The notes below the pieces were generated by a model. That model ran no database searches, was not told the DNA's origin, and worked only from the letters and a program-made list of their open reading frames with translations. Below are positions 35,506 to 45,515 of a stretch of 53,396 nucleotides of DNA, piece by piece; the first letter of the stretch is position 1; each line of letters begins with the position of its first letter. This stretch comes from a virus. Lineage: Duplodnaviria; Caudoviricetes. The DNA is taken from the IMG/VR virus record IMGVR_UViG_3300025072_000006, positions 1 to 53,396 of that record, one strand, 5' to 3'. The position numbers and the translations under genes were made by a program.

Positions 35506-37050
35506 TTACATATCAATATCGATATTAATTAAAAAATTCATATCAACATCATCTCTTTTCTTAATTGCAGCACCCAATTTTCCTATTGCTAATAATTGTC
35601 CTGCATCATTATATAATCCAATTTCTGTTATATATGGATTAAAATTACTACCTGTTGCCCAATTTTGAATAGTCATATCATCATCTTTCAATGTGGTAGG
35701 ATTTTGAGATACATTAAAATCTCCTGCAGCTAATCTAGTTAAAACAGAATGCTCATATAATGTAATTGTACTCTGATAACTTGCAGTATAATTTGCTGTT
35801 AAAATATCATTATACCTATAATCAGGACTAGATATTACTACTAATCCTTGTTTATTAAATACATTCCCAACTCTATTAGTTTGCAACATCCCACCACCCT
35901 CCGTACGGTCCGATAACGACGTTATTTGAGCTTGGGTGAGCGCCTTATTAAAGATTCTAATTTCATCTAGATCTGCGTGTATGTTACCGTTATTGGGGCT
36001 ATAACCACCTATTTTCAAGGGGTCTTGATTGTCGATCCTAGCAGACGCAGTAAATGGAGTATTAAATTCAGATAACAGTAAATTTGACCCAATAGATGCG
36101 TGTAATGTTGCATCAATATACATATGCAATTCGCTTCCTGTCTTTTGGCATAATACGTGTGTCCAGCTACTGCTAACAAACGCAGATGAGGATATTTGGG
36201 CTATATAAGTATTAGACCCAGCTGCAGAAAATAATAATTGATTGCTACCACTTAATTCGATATTGAATGGGTATTGTGGTGTATTTGAAGCAGATATTTT
36301 TCCTAATAATAATTCATTAGTTGTTGCAGACCCACTTGATATAAAGAAAGAAATTGCATAATTATGGTCTCTATCATAATATCCTGGAATAGTAGTTTCT
36401 ATATAACCAGATCCAGAAAAGCTAGCTGCCAATCCGATTGGTAATTGGCTACCATTACTTGTTGTTACTCCATCTATATAAGTAACACCAGAAGCTGTAA
36501 TATATGGAACCCTAGTCAAATCAAAATATTCATTAAATCCTTCATTGAATACCTCGCCTCCAGGAAATGAACCAGTTGAAATAACAATATCGTATATATT
36601 TCCATATCTATCTGATTTTAGATCAACAGTGCCGTCATATATAAACGACTTTGGTTTAATTGCTTCTCCAAATTGTGTTTGTGGTATTGCAAATACAGAT
36701 GCAGATTCATATAAAAACTTCGAAGTGTAATTTAAATTTGTCTGACCATGTGTTTTGCTAGGCTCCGATTTTCTTTTATAAAATAATTGGTCGATAGAAT
36801 AATATGTTGAAAATTGATATGTTCCGTCTACATTAGTAGCAGAATTAAATGTATTGCTACTAGATATTTGGGGCAACGAAGAAACATAAATACCTTGTAA
36901 TGGATTATAACCATCAGCTACAGAACTACCAGAAGTAAATATAAATTGTTTATATGCTTGAAATTTATTAACTTGAAAGTCACCTGGCTCAACTTTTTTG
37001 AATACCTCCGGTGATATTCCTTTATATTCGTCTATGATATTGTTTGACAT
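35506..37050 (-). CDS. Virion protein with LamG/concanavalin A-like domain and C-terminal fibre-anchor-like motif
   Basis: WTHV....MYID and LDEIRIFNKALTQAQI (LamG-3 like); YITEIGLYNDAGQLLAIGKL at the C-terminus. Confidence 0.75.
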   Translation of the reverse strand: MSNNIIDEYKGISPEVFKKVEPGDFQVNKFQAYKQFIFTSGSSVADGYNPLQGIYVSSLPQISSSNTFNSATNVDGTYQFSTYYSIDQLFYKRKSEPSKTHGQTNLNYTSKFLYESASVFAIPQTQFGEAIKPKSFIYDGTVDLKSDRYGNIYDIVISTGSFPGGEVFNEGFNEYFDLTRVPYITASGVTYIDGVTTSNGSQLPIGLAASFSGSGYIETTIPGYYDRDHNYAISFFISSGSATTNELLLGKISASNTPQYPFNIELSGSNQLLFSAAGSNTYIAQISSSAFVSSSWTHVLCQKTGSELHMYIDATLHASIGSNLLLSEFNTPFTASARIDNQDPLKIGGYSPNNGNIHADLDEIRIFNKALTQAQITSLSDRTEGGGMLQTNRVGNVFNKQGLVVISSPDYRYNDILTANYTASYQSTITLYEHSVLTRLAAGDFNVSQNPTTLKDDDMTIQNWATGSNFNPYITEIGLYNDAGQLLAIGKLGAAIKKRDDVDMNFLINIDIDM

Positions 37051-37112
37051 ATTAGTAGAAACCCATTATACATTTATAATAAATATAACAGGCCTAAAAT
37101 CAATGATTTATT

Positions 37113-38351
37113 TTAAAAGTCTAATTTGACTTTAACTAACGCTTCCCTAGAGAATGATTTAAGTAATGGTTTACTTAATTTCGCAACTGCCAACAATTCT
37201 TGTTTATTATTATATAAACCAACTGTTGTTATATATGATATAGGCGCACCTACAAAAGTACTTTGTGCAAATTGTCCAACACTACCAGTTGTATATGACG
37301 GATTATTTGAGAAATTAAACATTCCATTTTTAATTCTTACAAAATAATTTGTACTAGTTACTGTTTCTTGGTTTCTAGCATCAAATCCGAAGGCACCAGA
37401 TCCGGATATAGAGTGGAATAAAGCATAATGATTATTTCCTTCAGAATCAGAACTTGTATTAGTATCAAATGCTAATTGTTGGTCTAACATCTTTCCATCT
37501 AATACCAATGCCCCATGTAGTGGATAAAACAATCCATAATATACAGGATCTGCAGTATTATAAATACCATCATCAATACTACCAGACACTATATTATATA
37601 CAATACCCGATTCTCCATTTGTGCCAACATTAACACTTGAGTCATCAATTAAAGTATAAGTTCCTGCCGTAAGTGTTACACTTCCAGTAGCATTACTCGC
37701 CCTAGAACCTATAGTTGTCAGCGGCAATTCCCAATTGCCTGCATCTAATTGCTCTTTCATTCTATTACGCTGTATATTAACAACATAAATCGAGTCAGTA
37801 CTCCCAGAACCAGCAGTAACAAATCTTGTTGCTGTTTTTTCTAATAATAATTGTTTATATTGACCATATGTAGCTTTTGATGCTGGGTTCGCTAAAGAGC
37901 CTAACTCAGATGATCCACTTCCCAATGCATTACCATAAGCTAAAGCATATTGTACTGCAGATCCTGTAGCACTAGGGTCTTTTTGGTATACATCTACATA
38001 ATGTCGTATTTGGTCTAGAGTTTCAGTTGAAGATGAAAAGTGTGTTGTTAATGTTCCTTGGTTATCACTCCACAATCCAGCAGTAACTAATTCTGTTTGG
38101 TTTTTAACTATATCTTCTGCTTGATTAAATACAGAAAATGTTTTACCCATATTTGATATTGTAGTTGCAGCTGTTTGTTGTGCTACCATTTGTTCTGCCA
38201 TTTGTTCAGCCAACGCTTGAATTTGTGAATTCACAGCTCCACCTATTCCTTCTTGACCAAGTTCTTTGAGTCTTTCTATAGCAGACCCCCTTGCTTTACC
38301 AATCCCATGTTTAGGATATTTTTTTAATTTATATATAAAATTTCTTTTCAT
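37113..38351 (-). CDS. Baseplate/fibre-anchor-like virion protein
   Basis: C-terminal YITTVGLYNNKQELLAVAKLSKP, paralogous to the end of 35506..37050. Confidence 0.65.
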   Translation of the reverse strand: MKRNFIYKLKKYPKHGIGKARGSAIERLKELGQEGIGGAVNSQIQALAEQMAEQMVAQQTAATTISNMGKTFSVFNQAEDIVKNQTELVTAGLWSDNQGTLTTHFSSSTETLDQIRHYVDVYQKDPSATGSAVQYALAYGNALGSGSSELGSLANPASKATYGQYKQLLLEKTATRFVTAGSGSTDSIYVVNIQRNRMKEQLDAGNWELPLTTIGSRASNATGSVTLTAGTYTLIDDSSVNVGTNGESGIVYNIVSGSIDDGIYNTADPVYYGLFYPLHGALVLDGKMLDQQLAFDTNTSSDSEGNNHYALFHSISGSGAFGFDARNQETVTSTNYFVRIKNGMFNFSNNPSYTTGSVGQFAQSTFVGAPISYITTVGLYNNKQELLAVAKLSKPLLKSFSREALVKVKLDF

Positions 38352-38372
38352 TCGGTTTATGCCTTATTATTG

Positions 38373-39041
38373 TTAACTAGTACTATCATTCATTGCTGTA
38401 TTAATTGTTAATTTATTTACAGTTAAATTAACAGTAGTACTACCACCAGTTTCATTTCCTATTATTGTTATAGTACTTGTTTTATTTGCTAATACCTGCT
38501 TTTTTGCAGATATTTGGAACGCAAACCCAGCAACAGCAACACTTTGATTATCTTCATTACTACCAACATATCCTGTACTAGTAGGAAGTACTGAATTTTG
38601 TAATGGTTGTGTTACCGATATATCTGCAGCATCGCTATCTGCTAATATTGCTGTATATCCATAAGTCGAATTCCCCCCTTGTAAATTACTAGTATTTGGA
38701 GATATAATTGCAGTATCTCCAGGCCCAACTAATACAATGCTAGAATTCCCAACTGTTACTACCGGTATTTGTGTTGTTGATTTGGGTAGTGTAACTAATT
38801 TATATCTTAATGCTTGAGTTCCATCTGCAATAGCTTCTGTTACAGGCATACTTTCAATAAGTATACCATAATAATCAGTACCTTCTTGGTGTCCTATATT
38901 CCATAAATTATAATCTATTTCATCATCACCTAACGCAAATTGTGTAATATTAAACGCATTTCCGCCTTTTGCTAGCAATTCTCTTCCCTTTAGAGTCAAT
39001 ATAGCATCGACTGTTACTGAACTGTTATTTAAATATCCCAT
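38373..39041 (-). CDS. Baseplate/fibre-anchor-like virion protein
   Basis: N-terminal AILTLKGRELLA....ITQFALGD resembles the start of P2 gpH-type anchor domains. Confidence 0.65.
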   Translation of the reverse strand: MGYLNNSSVTVDAILTLKGRELLAKGGNAFNITQFALGDDEIDYNLWNIGHQEGTDYYGILIESMPVTEAIADGTQALRYKLVTLPKSTTQIPVVTVGNSSIVLVGPGDTAIISPNTSNLQGGNSTYGYTAILADSDAADISVTQPLQNSVLPTSTGYVGSNEDNQSVAVAGFAFQISAKKQVLANKTSTITIIGNETGGSTTVNLTVNKLTINTAMNDSTS

Positions 39042-39070
39042 TTTCTTTAACCTTTAATTTTATATAAATA

Positions 39071-42000
39071 TTACATTATATTATTTGTTGAATTAATATC
39101 CAACCCACCTTGTTGGCCTGGAGATTGTGTAATTATCTGATTTGGATTTGCTTCCATAAATTCTACTACAGGACCACCATCAATTGTGTCTGTTGAATCG
39201 ATATTAAAATCGGGGCTTGTCATCTTACATCCTATATATTCATGTCGTGCTTTTCCAATTGGCATATAATCCTGCACTTCAGCTGGGCGCATAACACTAC
39301 CAGAATATATATATTCATAAAATTCTGACAATCTACTACCAGTAATAGTTGGCATCACTCCTTCGCATAACCAATATGGAGTCGATGATTTTATCCACCC
39401 ACTTGAAGATCTAATTAAATAAGGATAACAATATGTAGTTCCATCATAATTATTTTGGCTACTAGTTAAATACGCTTCCATTTGGTCATCATCAAATGCT
39501 ATTATAGTAGCAACAGGTACAGAAGTAGATCCACTATACACAAGATACTGTGCATCCATATTTTGGTTTTCATATGCAACTAACTCTCCTTCATGTGATT
39601 CATCAAATCGATTAACATTTGGCAACGCTGTATCTTTACTTCGTTCTAATAAATTTGGTTGTATTAATAATCCAAGTATTTTATCCGCCCTAGCAGGCAA
39701 TAATTGTTCTAATTGTTTAAAGAATGATAAATCAAATAATGAAAAGATTTTAATATACGCATTAATATCATTTTTAGTATTATATTTTTTCCAATATTCA
39801 GATGCTACACGAATTAAATCAGGATACGATCTACTATTTTGGTCTCCCGGGTCTCCTATATAATCATCTAGACTCTGAAATCCTAATTGTGCAATGATAT
39901 CTTTATTAATCATTGTTTGTGGAGAATAATATACTCCTAATTTTTTGCTATCTAATGGAGCAGTATCAAATTGACTCCTTTCTGCTCTTGTTATAACATC
40001 TAATGCACCAACTATATTATTTGATTCCAATCTTATTTTATTATCATCAAATGTTCCTACCCCCAATGATATACCATCATAATAATATGTTTCTTCAATT
40101 GAATCATATGGTATATCATTAGTCCAACTTGCAAAAGAAGCAGATATTCCAGAAGGATTTGGTTCTACACCATTTAAACTTGAAGTCAATGAATGATTAA
40201 TTTTCTGTGTTAGTGGAACTCTAAATACTAATTCATCATATGCATCTATATTACCATCATATGCAGCAGGAGCTCTTGTGTGGTTAGAAAAAGGATCATC
40301 GAGATCACCAATTCCTGGTTCAACATTTAAACTTCCTGTCCACAATCTTAATTCTTGCAATTCTCCTTCTAATCGAGTTGCTCCAGTACTGGTACTTCCT
40401 AATGTAATAGTTCCAGTTGATGGTAAACTTGCAATGGCAGATGCCGAAACAGTAGATACAATTTTTCCGTATTTAGCTTTTCTAGCAACAATTTCCAGAC
40501 CCCCGGAAGTTCCAGACCCATAAGTCCCAGACCCATATCCTCCAGAACCATATACCATACCTATGCCGGAAACATAGCTTCCTGTACGTAATATAGTATT
40601 GACCCAATCTCCATTAAAACATTCAATTTCTGCAGACGCAGTTCCATTAATATTAATAGTACCCAATGTACCAGAAGAAAAATCAACAGTTACTGAATTG
40701 CCACCCACATTATATAAATTCATTGTGCTTGACATCGTAGGATTAGTTAATATGTTCTCTGTGCGGAATCTTAATTCTACACTGCCAATTGGCTGATCAT
40801 AATTGATTATAACAGTACCAGCTGGATTTCTAATTAGATCTAGTGCATAATCAAAATTCAATTGTTCATATATTGGAATACGGTCTAATCTAGGCCCACC
40901 ATATTCTTTAATAGTAATTAATGATTGTGGTACTCCATAACAAGCTAATAATGCTTGAATACTTCTTTTTGTGCCTTTAGATTTTAATAACCCAGGAATA
41001 TTATTAACTATTCTCCTCCATATATTATAAGTCACATCTCGCGCGGATACTGCAGGCTCACCAACAGAATTAGATCCGGTTAATGGAGTCCCATATTCAT
41101 TTGTTCCTAATGTATATTCCCATAAATTTTTATGTTGGTTGCCATCTTGTAAATTCCATCCAAATTGTTTTGCCACAGAATATAATAATTTATTTGGCAT
41201 TCCTAAATTAGGATGTTCATCTCTTTTATTAATTCGAGTCATTGCGTTAATATACGTATAAAGTATATCATAATGTTGACCTAACATATTAACAAACGTT
41301 GATAATTGTACATTGCTTTCATCTAATAATATAAATTCAGGCACAGATTTGGTTAATATATTAAGATTTCTGTTATCATATATCGATGCACTGTCATATA
41401 ATCCATCATACCAATTTTCAAATTGACTACTCGTAATAGAGTATTGTATATATGGATAAGTAGAATTTGATTTTGGATTTGGATTTATATAACTACCAGT
41501 CATAAATTCAACTGTTGGATTTTCTAACGGAATTTCATGAGTAAACATTCCAGATGAAGATTCGTAATACAAAAATTGTTCAAAATTATCAAATCCACCA
41601 ATTAATCTAGATTTTAACGTATCATAATCTGCTGCATTAGTTATAGAAACAGATCCAGATAGTTGTGATGCCGAAGAAGACTGTTCTGTATAATATTCTA
41701 ACAAATTTAATTTATATCTGTAATTAACAAGTCGCTCTGTAGCAGAACTATAAAATACAAAATTATTAAAATCAGTATAATCTATACTTAATCCAACTCC
41801 TGACAAACTGCCCGAAAAATATGCATCGACAATCTCTTGTGATGTTTGTGTTGATGATCCTAATAGATCATTCCATGTTTTTAAATCAGTCTCCGCAGAA
41901 ACATCAAATGGTTGATTATTTGCTTGCCAATTTGGCCCAGATAATGTATTAAATGTTTTTATCGTATCTTTTGAGTATATAACTACATTATCAATATATG

Positions 42001-42685
42001 GATATTTATTTTCTTCTACAACCCAACACTTAAATTGTTCTTCAATTGTATCAGGCAGTGGGGCTAATAATTTTACATATAAAAATCCTCCGATTACAAC
42101 ACTATTAACATATTGAAACGTTTGGTTTCTGCTAAAATTTAAAAGATATGTTTTTGCAAATCCACCTGGAATAGCAGTTTGATTAACTGTATTAATATAA
42201 TTATTAATTTGAGTTAAAAATTCTGTACTACTTTTGCTAATTGCTTTTAATCTTACCTCTGTTCGATCTGGAGATATTTCGTCAACTTTTAAATGCTGTC
42301 GCGCATAACTACCAATTAAATTTTCAAAGAAATTGATTACAAATCTATAATTTCCTGCTGTTAAGTTTAAATTATCAAATTGTGAAAACAAATCAATATT
42401 GATTGGGACACCATTTAATGGTATATCTTGATTTGTATCTGTATTAGTAAATGTAGCAGATTCATTAGTTACTGGTAAAGTATGTTCTCCTGTTATCCAC
42501 GTATCATTTGCATATACATGAAATTCTAATAAACTATCTACTGATGGAGCAACTGTACTATCAAAATCAATTCTTCTGTTTAATGGAAATGATAGTAAAT
42601 CAGACGACTTTTTAGGAAGCCTAATTCCAGATAATGATTTATCTGCATTTAATATTTCGTCGATATTTGAGTATTGTTTTAACAT
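39071..42685 (-). CDS. Large baseplate wedge protein (gp7/P2 gpI-like motif) with LamG-like domain
   Basis: LYSVAKQFGW and LLKSKGTKRSIQALLACYG motifs; EGELQELRLW; located in the baseplate cluster. Confidence 0.65.
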   Translation of the reverse strand: MLKQYSNIDEILNADKSLSGIRLPKKSSDLLSFPLNRRIDFDSTVAPSVDSLLEFHVYANDTWITGEHTLPVTNESATFTNTDTNQDIPLNGVPINIDLFSQFDNLNLTAGNYRFVINFFENLIGSYARQHLKVDEISPDRTEVRLKAISKSSTEFLTQINNYINTVNQTAIPGGFAKTYLLNFSRNQTFQYVNSVVIGGFLYVKLLAPLPDTIEEQFKCWVVEENKYPYIDNVVIYSKDTIKTFNTLSGPNWQANNQPFDVSAETDLKTWNDLLGSSTQTSQEIVDAYFSGSLSGVGLSIDYTDFNNFVFYSSATERLVNYRYKLNLLEYYTEQSSSASQLSGSVSITNAADYDTLKSRLIGGFDNFEQFLYYESSSGMFTHEIPLENPTVEFMTGSYINPNPKSNSTYPYIQYSITSSQFENWYDGLYDSASIYDNRNLNILTKSVPEFILLDESNVQLSTFVNMLGQHYDILYTYINAMTRINKRDEHPNLGMPNKLLYSVAKQFGWNLQDGNQHKNLWEYTLGTNEYGTPLTGSNSVGEPAVSARDVTYNIWRRIVNNIPGLLKSKGTKRSIQALLACYGVPQSLITIKEYGGPRLDRIPIYEQLNFDYALDLIRNPAGTVIINYDQPIGSVELRFRTENILTNPTMSSTMNLYNVGGNSVTVDFSSGTLGTININGTASAEIECFNGDWVNTILRTGSYVSGIGMVYGSGGYGSGTYGSGTSGGLEIVARKAKYGKIVSTVSASAIASLPSTGTITLGSTSTGATRLEGELQELRLWTGSLNVEPGIGDLDDPFSNHTRAPAAYDGNIDAYDELVFRVPLTQKINHSLTSSLNGVEPNPSGISASFASWTNDIPYDSIEETYYYDGISLGVGTFDDNKIRLESNNIVGALDVITRAERSQFDTAPLDSKKLGVYYSPQTMINKDIIAQLGFQSLDDYIGDPGDQNSRSYPDLIRVASEYWKKYNTKNDINAYIKIFSLFDLSFFKQLEQLLPARADKILGLLIQPNLLERSKDTALPNVNRFDESHEGELVAYENQNMDAQYLVYSGSTSVPVATIIAFDDDQMEAYLTSSQNNYDGTTYCYPYLIRSSSGWIKSSTPYWLCEGVMPTITGSRLSEFYEYIYSGSVMRPAEVQDYMPIGKARHEYIGCKMTSPDFNIDSTDTIDGGPVVEFMEANPNQIITQSPGQQGGLDINSTNNIM

Positions 42686-42691
42686 ATTAAA

Positions 42692-44263
42692 TTATAAAGA
42701 ATACGATTCCAAGTTCGCATTGATTGGCTCAATGATTTTAGACCACCCCCATCCGCCTGCGTTATTATCGCTATTCCAATTTGCATCTATATCAGAATAT
42801 GTTCTGTTACTATCTCCATCATACCAAGAAGTATGAAAATCTCCAACTACTTCTTTAACACGATTGTTCTGGTCTTTTTTTATTCTGTATTCAAAATAAA
42901 CTGTCCTGGTTTGTGGTGCATTAGGTAGGCCAGATTCAGGAAATTGTAGATTAAATCTTATACCAACATTTCCTTTTATTTGTTCATTACCATTTGATAA
43001 TGTAACTATTTTATTAGGATTTTTTGTTTTTAATCTCTCTATTAATTCCGGAATACGTAAAACCCATCCGCCATAATCTCCGCCGCCCGGTGCAGGGAAT
43101 GTTACAACAGGCGTTCCACTTTTAATTCCATCTCCATCCACTAAAAATGGAGTCATATTAAGATCAACGCCATCTCCATCCACGTTTAGTGTCATATGTG
43201 TCCCCCCAACTCTTATTACATGAATTGTGGTGGAAACGACATAATAATTCCAATTGGAATCAGTTGTAGAATCCTGTTTGTATATATGAATATCTTGAGG
43301 ATCTTTTAGTCCCCAACTATCAATCCAACCACTCGGAGTTTGTACATTAAATCCAAGATAACTGTCTTTTGTATCATCTGTATTAAATTCTGAAAATCTC
43401 GTCTGTGGTTGTTGGTTACCCAAAGCGGCCTGGCTAAATTCAGCAGGAGAAAAATCACGTCCATTTATATAAATATTAGTACCTCCTAAGCTATCAAAAT
43501 TAGTCACACTATAATGAAATTTACTATATCGGTCTTCTCCATCTGGAAATGCGTCTAACCATGTATATGCTGGGCCTTCTTTATAGCTAGCAATTACAGA
43601 AGGAGCTGTAATAGTATATGTCTTATTATCATATCCAGTTTCAATGCCATCGGTTGTAGAAAACCAATTATCTTCACCTTTTTCTTTACCGCCAATATCA
43701 CCGGCAATATTAGCAAATGGCGGTAATCTGTTTTTAATAGCCCAAGTACTGTCTGCTTTGATGTAAAAAAGTCGTTTCAAATTATCTTTGATAATCCATA
43801 AAGTATCTCCATCTTTTAATAATCTTCCTTCGTATACATCATACCTGAAATTAGGAAGATCGATATCTAATCCTTCTGTACCGGTTGAAGTTACTCTTAC
43901 TGGGAATTTAAAATATTTAAATTGTGTATCTACTACTTCTACAAATGATTGATTGGTAATATTTTCAATTGATGGTTCTATTATTAGTCGCTGATTAGAA
44001 GCAGATTCTTGTAATTTAATATTACCAGCTCCATCCCTATCTATTATATAAGGATTATTAGATTTGTATGTCAATCCATTTAGTATATATGGTTGTTGTA
44101 TTTCTTGTGCTATAGGCTCTGGTACCAGATCCGTAGCTAGCAGTAATTGTGCTGGAGCTTCTGTGATATTACTAAATCCACTCGTTCCTGGCGTATTATT
44201 ACTAGCCCCGCCTTCACTTATTCCGATGCTATTAATTCCGCTGCTATTAATTCCTCCTGGCAT
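42692..44263 (-). CDS. Hypothetical virion-module protein
   Basis: 523-aa ORF tightly packed between baseplate genes; aromatic- and Gly-rich C-terminal part. Confidence 0.55.
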   Translation of the reverse strand: MPGGINSSGINSIGISEGGASNNTPGTSGFSNITEAPAQLLLATDLVPEPIAQEIQQPYILNGLTYKSNNPYIIDRDGAGNIKLQESASNQRLIIEPSIENITNQSFVEVVDTQFKYFKFPVRVTSTGTEGLDIDLPNFRYDVYEGRLLKDGDTLWIIKDNLKRLFYIKADSTWAIKNRLPPFANIAGDIGGKEKGEDNWFSTTDGIETGYDNKTYTITAPSVIASYKEGPAYTWLDAFPDGEDRYSKFHYSVTNFDSLGGTNIYINGRDFSPAEFSQAALGNQQPQTRFSEFNTDDTKDSYLGFNVQTPSGWIDSWGLKDPQDIHIYKQDSTTDSNWNYYVVSTTIHVIRVGGTHMTLNVDGDGVDLNMTPFLVDGDGIKSGTPVVTFPAPGGGDYGGWVLRIPELIERLKTKNPNKIVTLSNGNEQIKGNVGIRFNLQFPESGLPNAPQTRTVYFEYRIKKDQNNRVKEVVGDFHTSWYDGDSNRTYSDIDANWNSDNNAGGWGWSKIIEPINANLESYSL

Positions 44264-44268
44264 ATTAC

Positions 44269-45444
44269 TTACCTAACTACTTTAAAATAGAAATCATCTT
44301 CTATATATTCTTCTACAAAGCCATCTGTGACTTTAAACTCTAAACGATAATAACGTGTCGGCATTAATCCGGTCATGTCCATATAAACAAAATTACTTGT
44401 ACTATCGCAACTCACTTTAGTATAAATATTATCATATGGAATTATCGTTTCGTCTGTAGCCGCATCTTTCAATGTATATAAAGTATTGCTAGGCAAATAT
44501 TTTACGGTTGTCATTGGAAATAAATTAGTTGGTGATTTTTGAGGATATTTATCACGAGCATAAATTCTAAGTTTAGTTACCGCTGAATCCTTATATTCTT
44601 TTTTAAGTTTCGTATATACTGTATATGAATTTAAATCCATTGCAGCCAAAGATCCTGTATTAAAACTAGATTTATCAAAATACATTGTTAATCTAGGAAC
44701 ATATACAGTGTGGGTTTCTCTACTAAAGAATCTTACATATCCAGTTTTTGAAACATCTGCCTCATCTGCATCAGAAAATTGTAATAAAAAGCCATAATTT
44801 GGAATAGTAAATCCTCCCGAACCACTTATCCATGTTTTCACTGCTCCAGTAACATCAATATTTAAATCAGTAGGTCTATAACTAAAATCTTCGGATAAAT
44901 CTAATCCTGGTTGTGTATAAAATGATTGTGAATAAAATGTTAAACTACCACTATATATTCCAGACCCAGATTGATATAGCCAACTGCCACCTTCTCCTGA
45001 TCCACTTATATAAATGCTACTTGCACTCCCGGAAGGTACTGCTATTTGTTGGCTTCCTGATGTCCAATAGAAAGACCCAGATTTTGGATTGTCCCAAGTT
45101 ATTCCATTATCAACTGCAGTTGTTAAACTTACTAAGCCTGTACCATTAGTCCAATCATCTCCGACTAATTTAGCATCAATTGTATAATCAGCGGGTAAGT
45201 TTTTTGCATGGGTAGTATATAATTGTAACATGAATTTACAATCAGTTAAGTTTACATTATATTTTGTTAATGCACTTGAAACATCGTTCATATCAAATTT
45301 AATAACAGATCTAGACTTTAAATAACTACTCCCAGCAGTTGATAGTCGCTTTCCAACTTCTAATATCTCATCTAAGCCAGTATTGGTTGTTGGCAATGAC
45401 TCATATAATGTTGCGTCTTTTTCTGGATATATTATTTTAAACAT
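44269..45444 (-). CDS. Virion protein with DNRLRE/CBM96-like domain
   Basis: DATLYE..PTTNTG.DEILEV...RSVIKFD...LQLY...TW...IDVT..VKTW...NYGFLL pattern. Confidence 0.6.
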   Translation of the reverse strand: MFKIIYPEKDATLYESLPTTNTGLDEILEVGKRLSTAGSSYLKSRSVIKFDMNDVSSALTKYNVNLTDCKFMLQLYTTHAKNLPADYTIDAKLVGDDWTNGTGLVSLTTAVDNGITWDNPKSGSFYWTSGSQQIAVPSGSASSIYISGSGEGGSWLYQSGSGIYSGSLTFYSQSFYTQPGLDLSEDFSYRPTDLNIDVTGAVKTWISGSGGFTIPNYGFLLQFSDADEADVSKTGYVRFFSRETHTVYVPRLTMYFDKSSFNTGSLAAMDLNSYTVYTKLKKEYKDSAVTKLRIYARDKYPQKSPTNLFPMTTVKYLPSNTLYTLKDAATDETIIPYDNIYTKVSCDSTSNFVYMDMTGLMPTRYYRLEFKVTDGFVEEYIEDDFYFKVVR

Positions 45445-45515
45445 TTTTTTTCTTCTTCAATAATTAATTTTTTTATTTATCAATATCGCACCAATTCATA
45501 AAATGATTTTTAAGG

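Noticed and set aside
43468-44428. Intragenic TATTTATA copies at 43468 and 44421
   Set aside because: Chance matches are expected in AT-rich coding DNA. 44421 could be an internal promoter, but this cannot be supported from sequence alone.
45445-45515. tRNA or structured ncRNA in this and other short intergenic gaps
   Set aside because: No cloverleaf, T-loop motif or convincing stem was found by eye.
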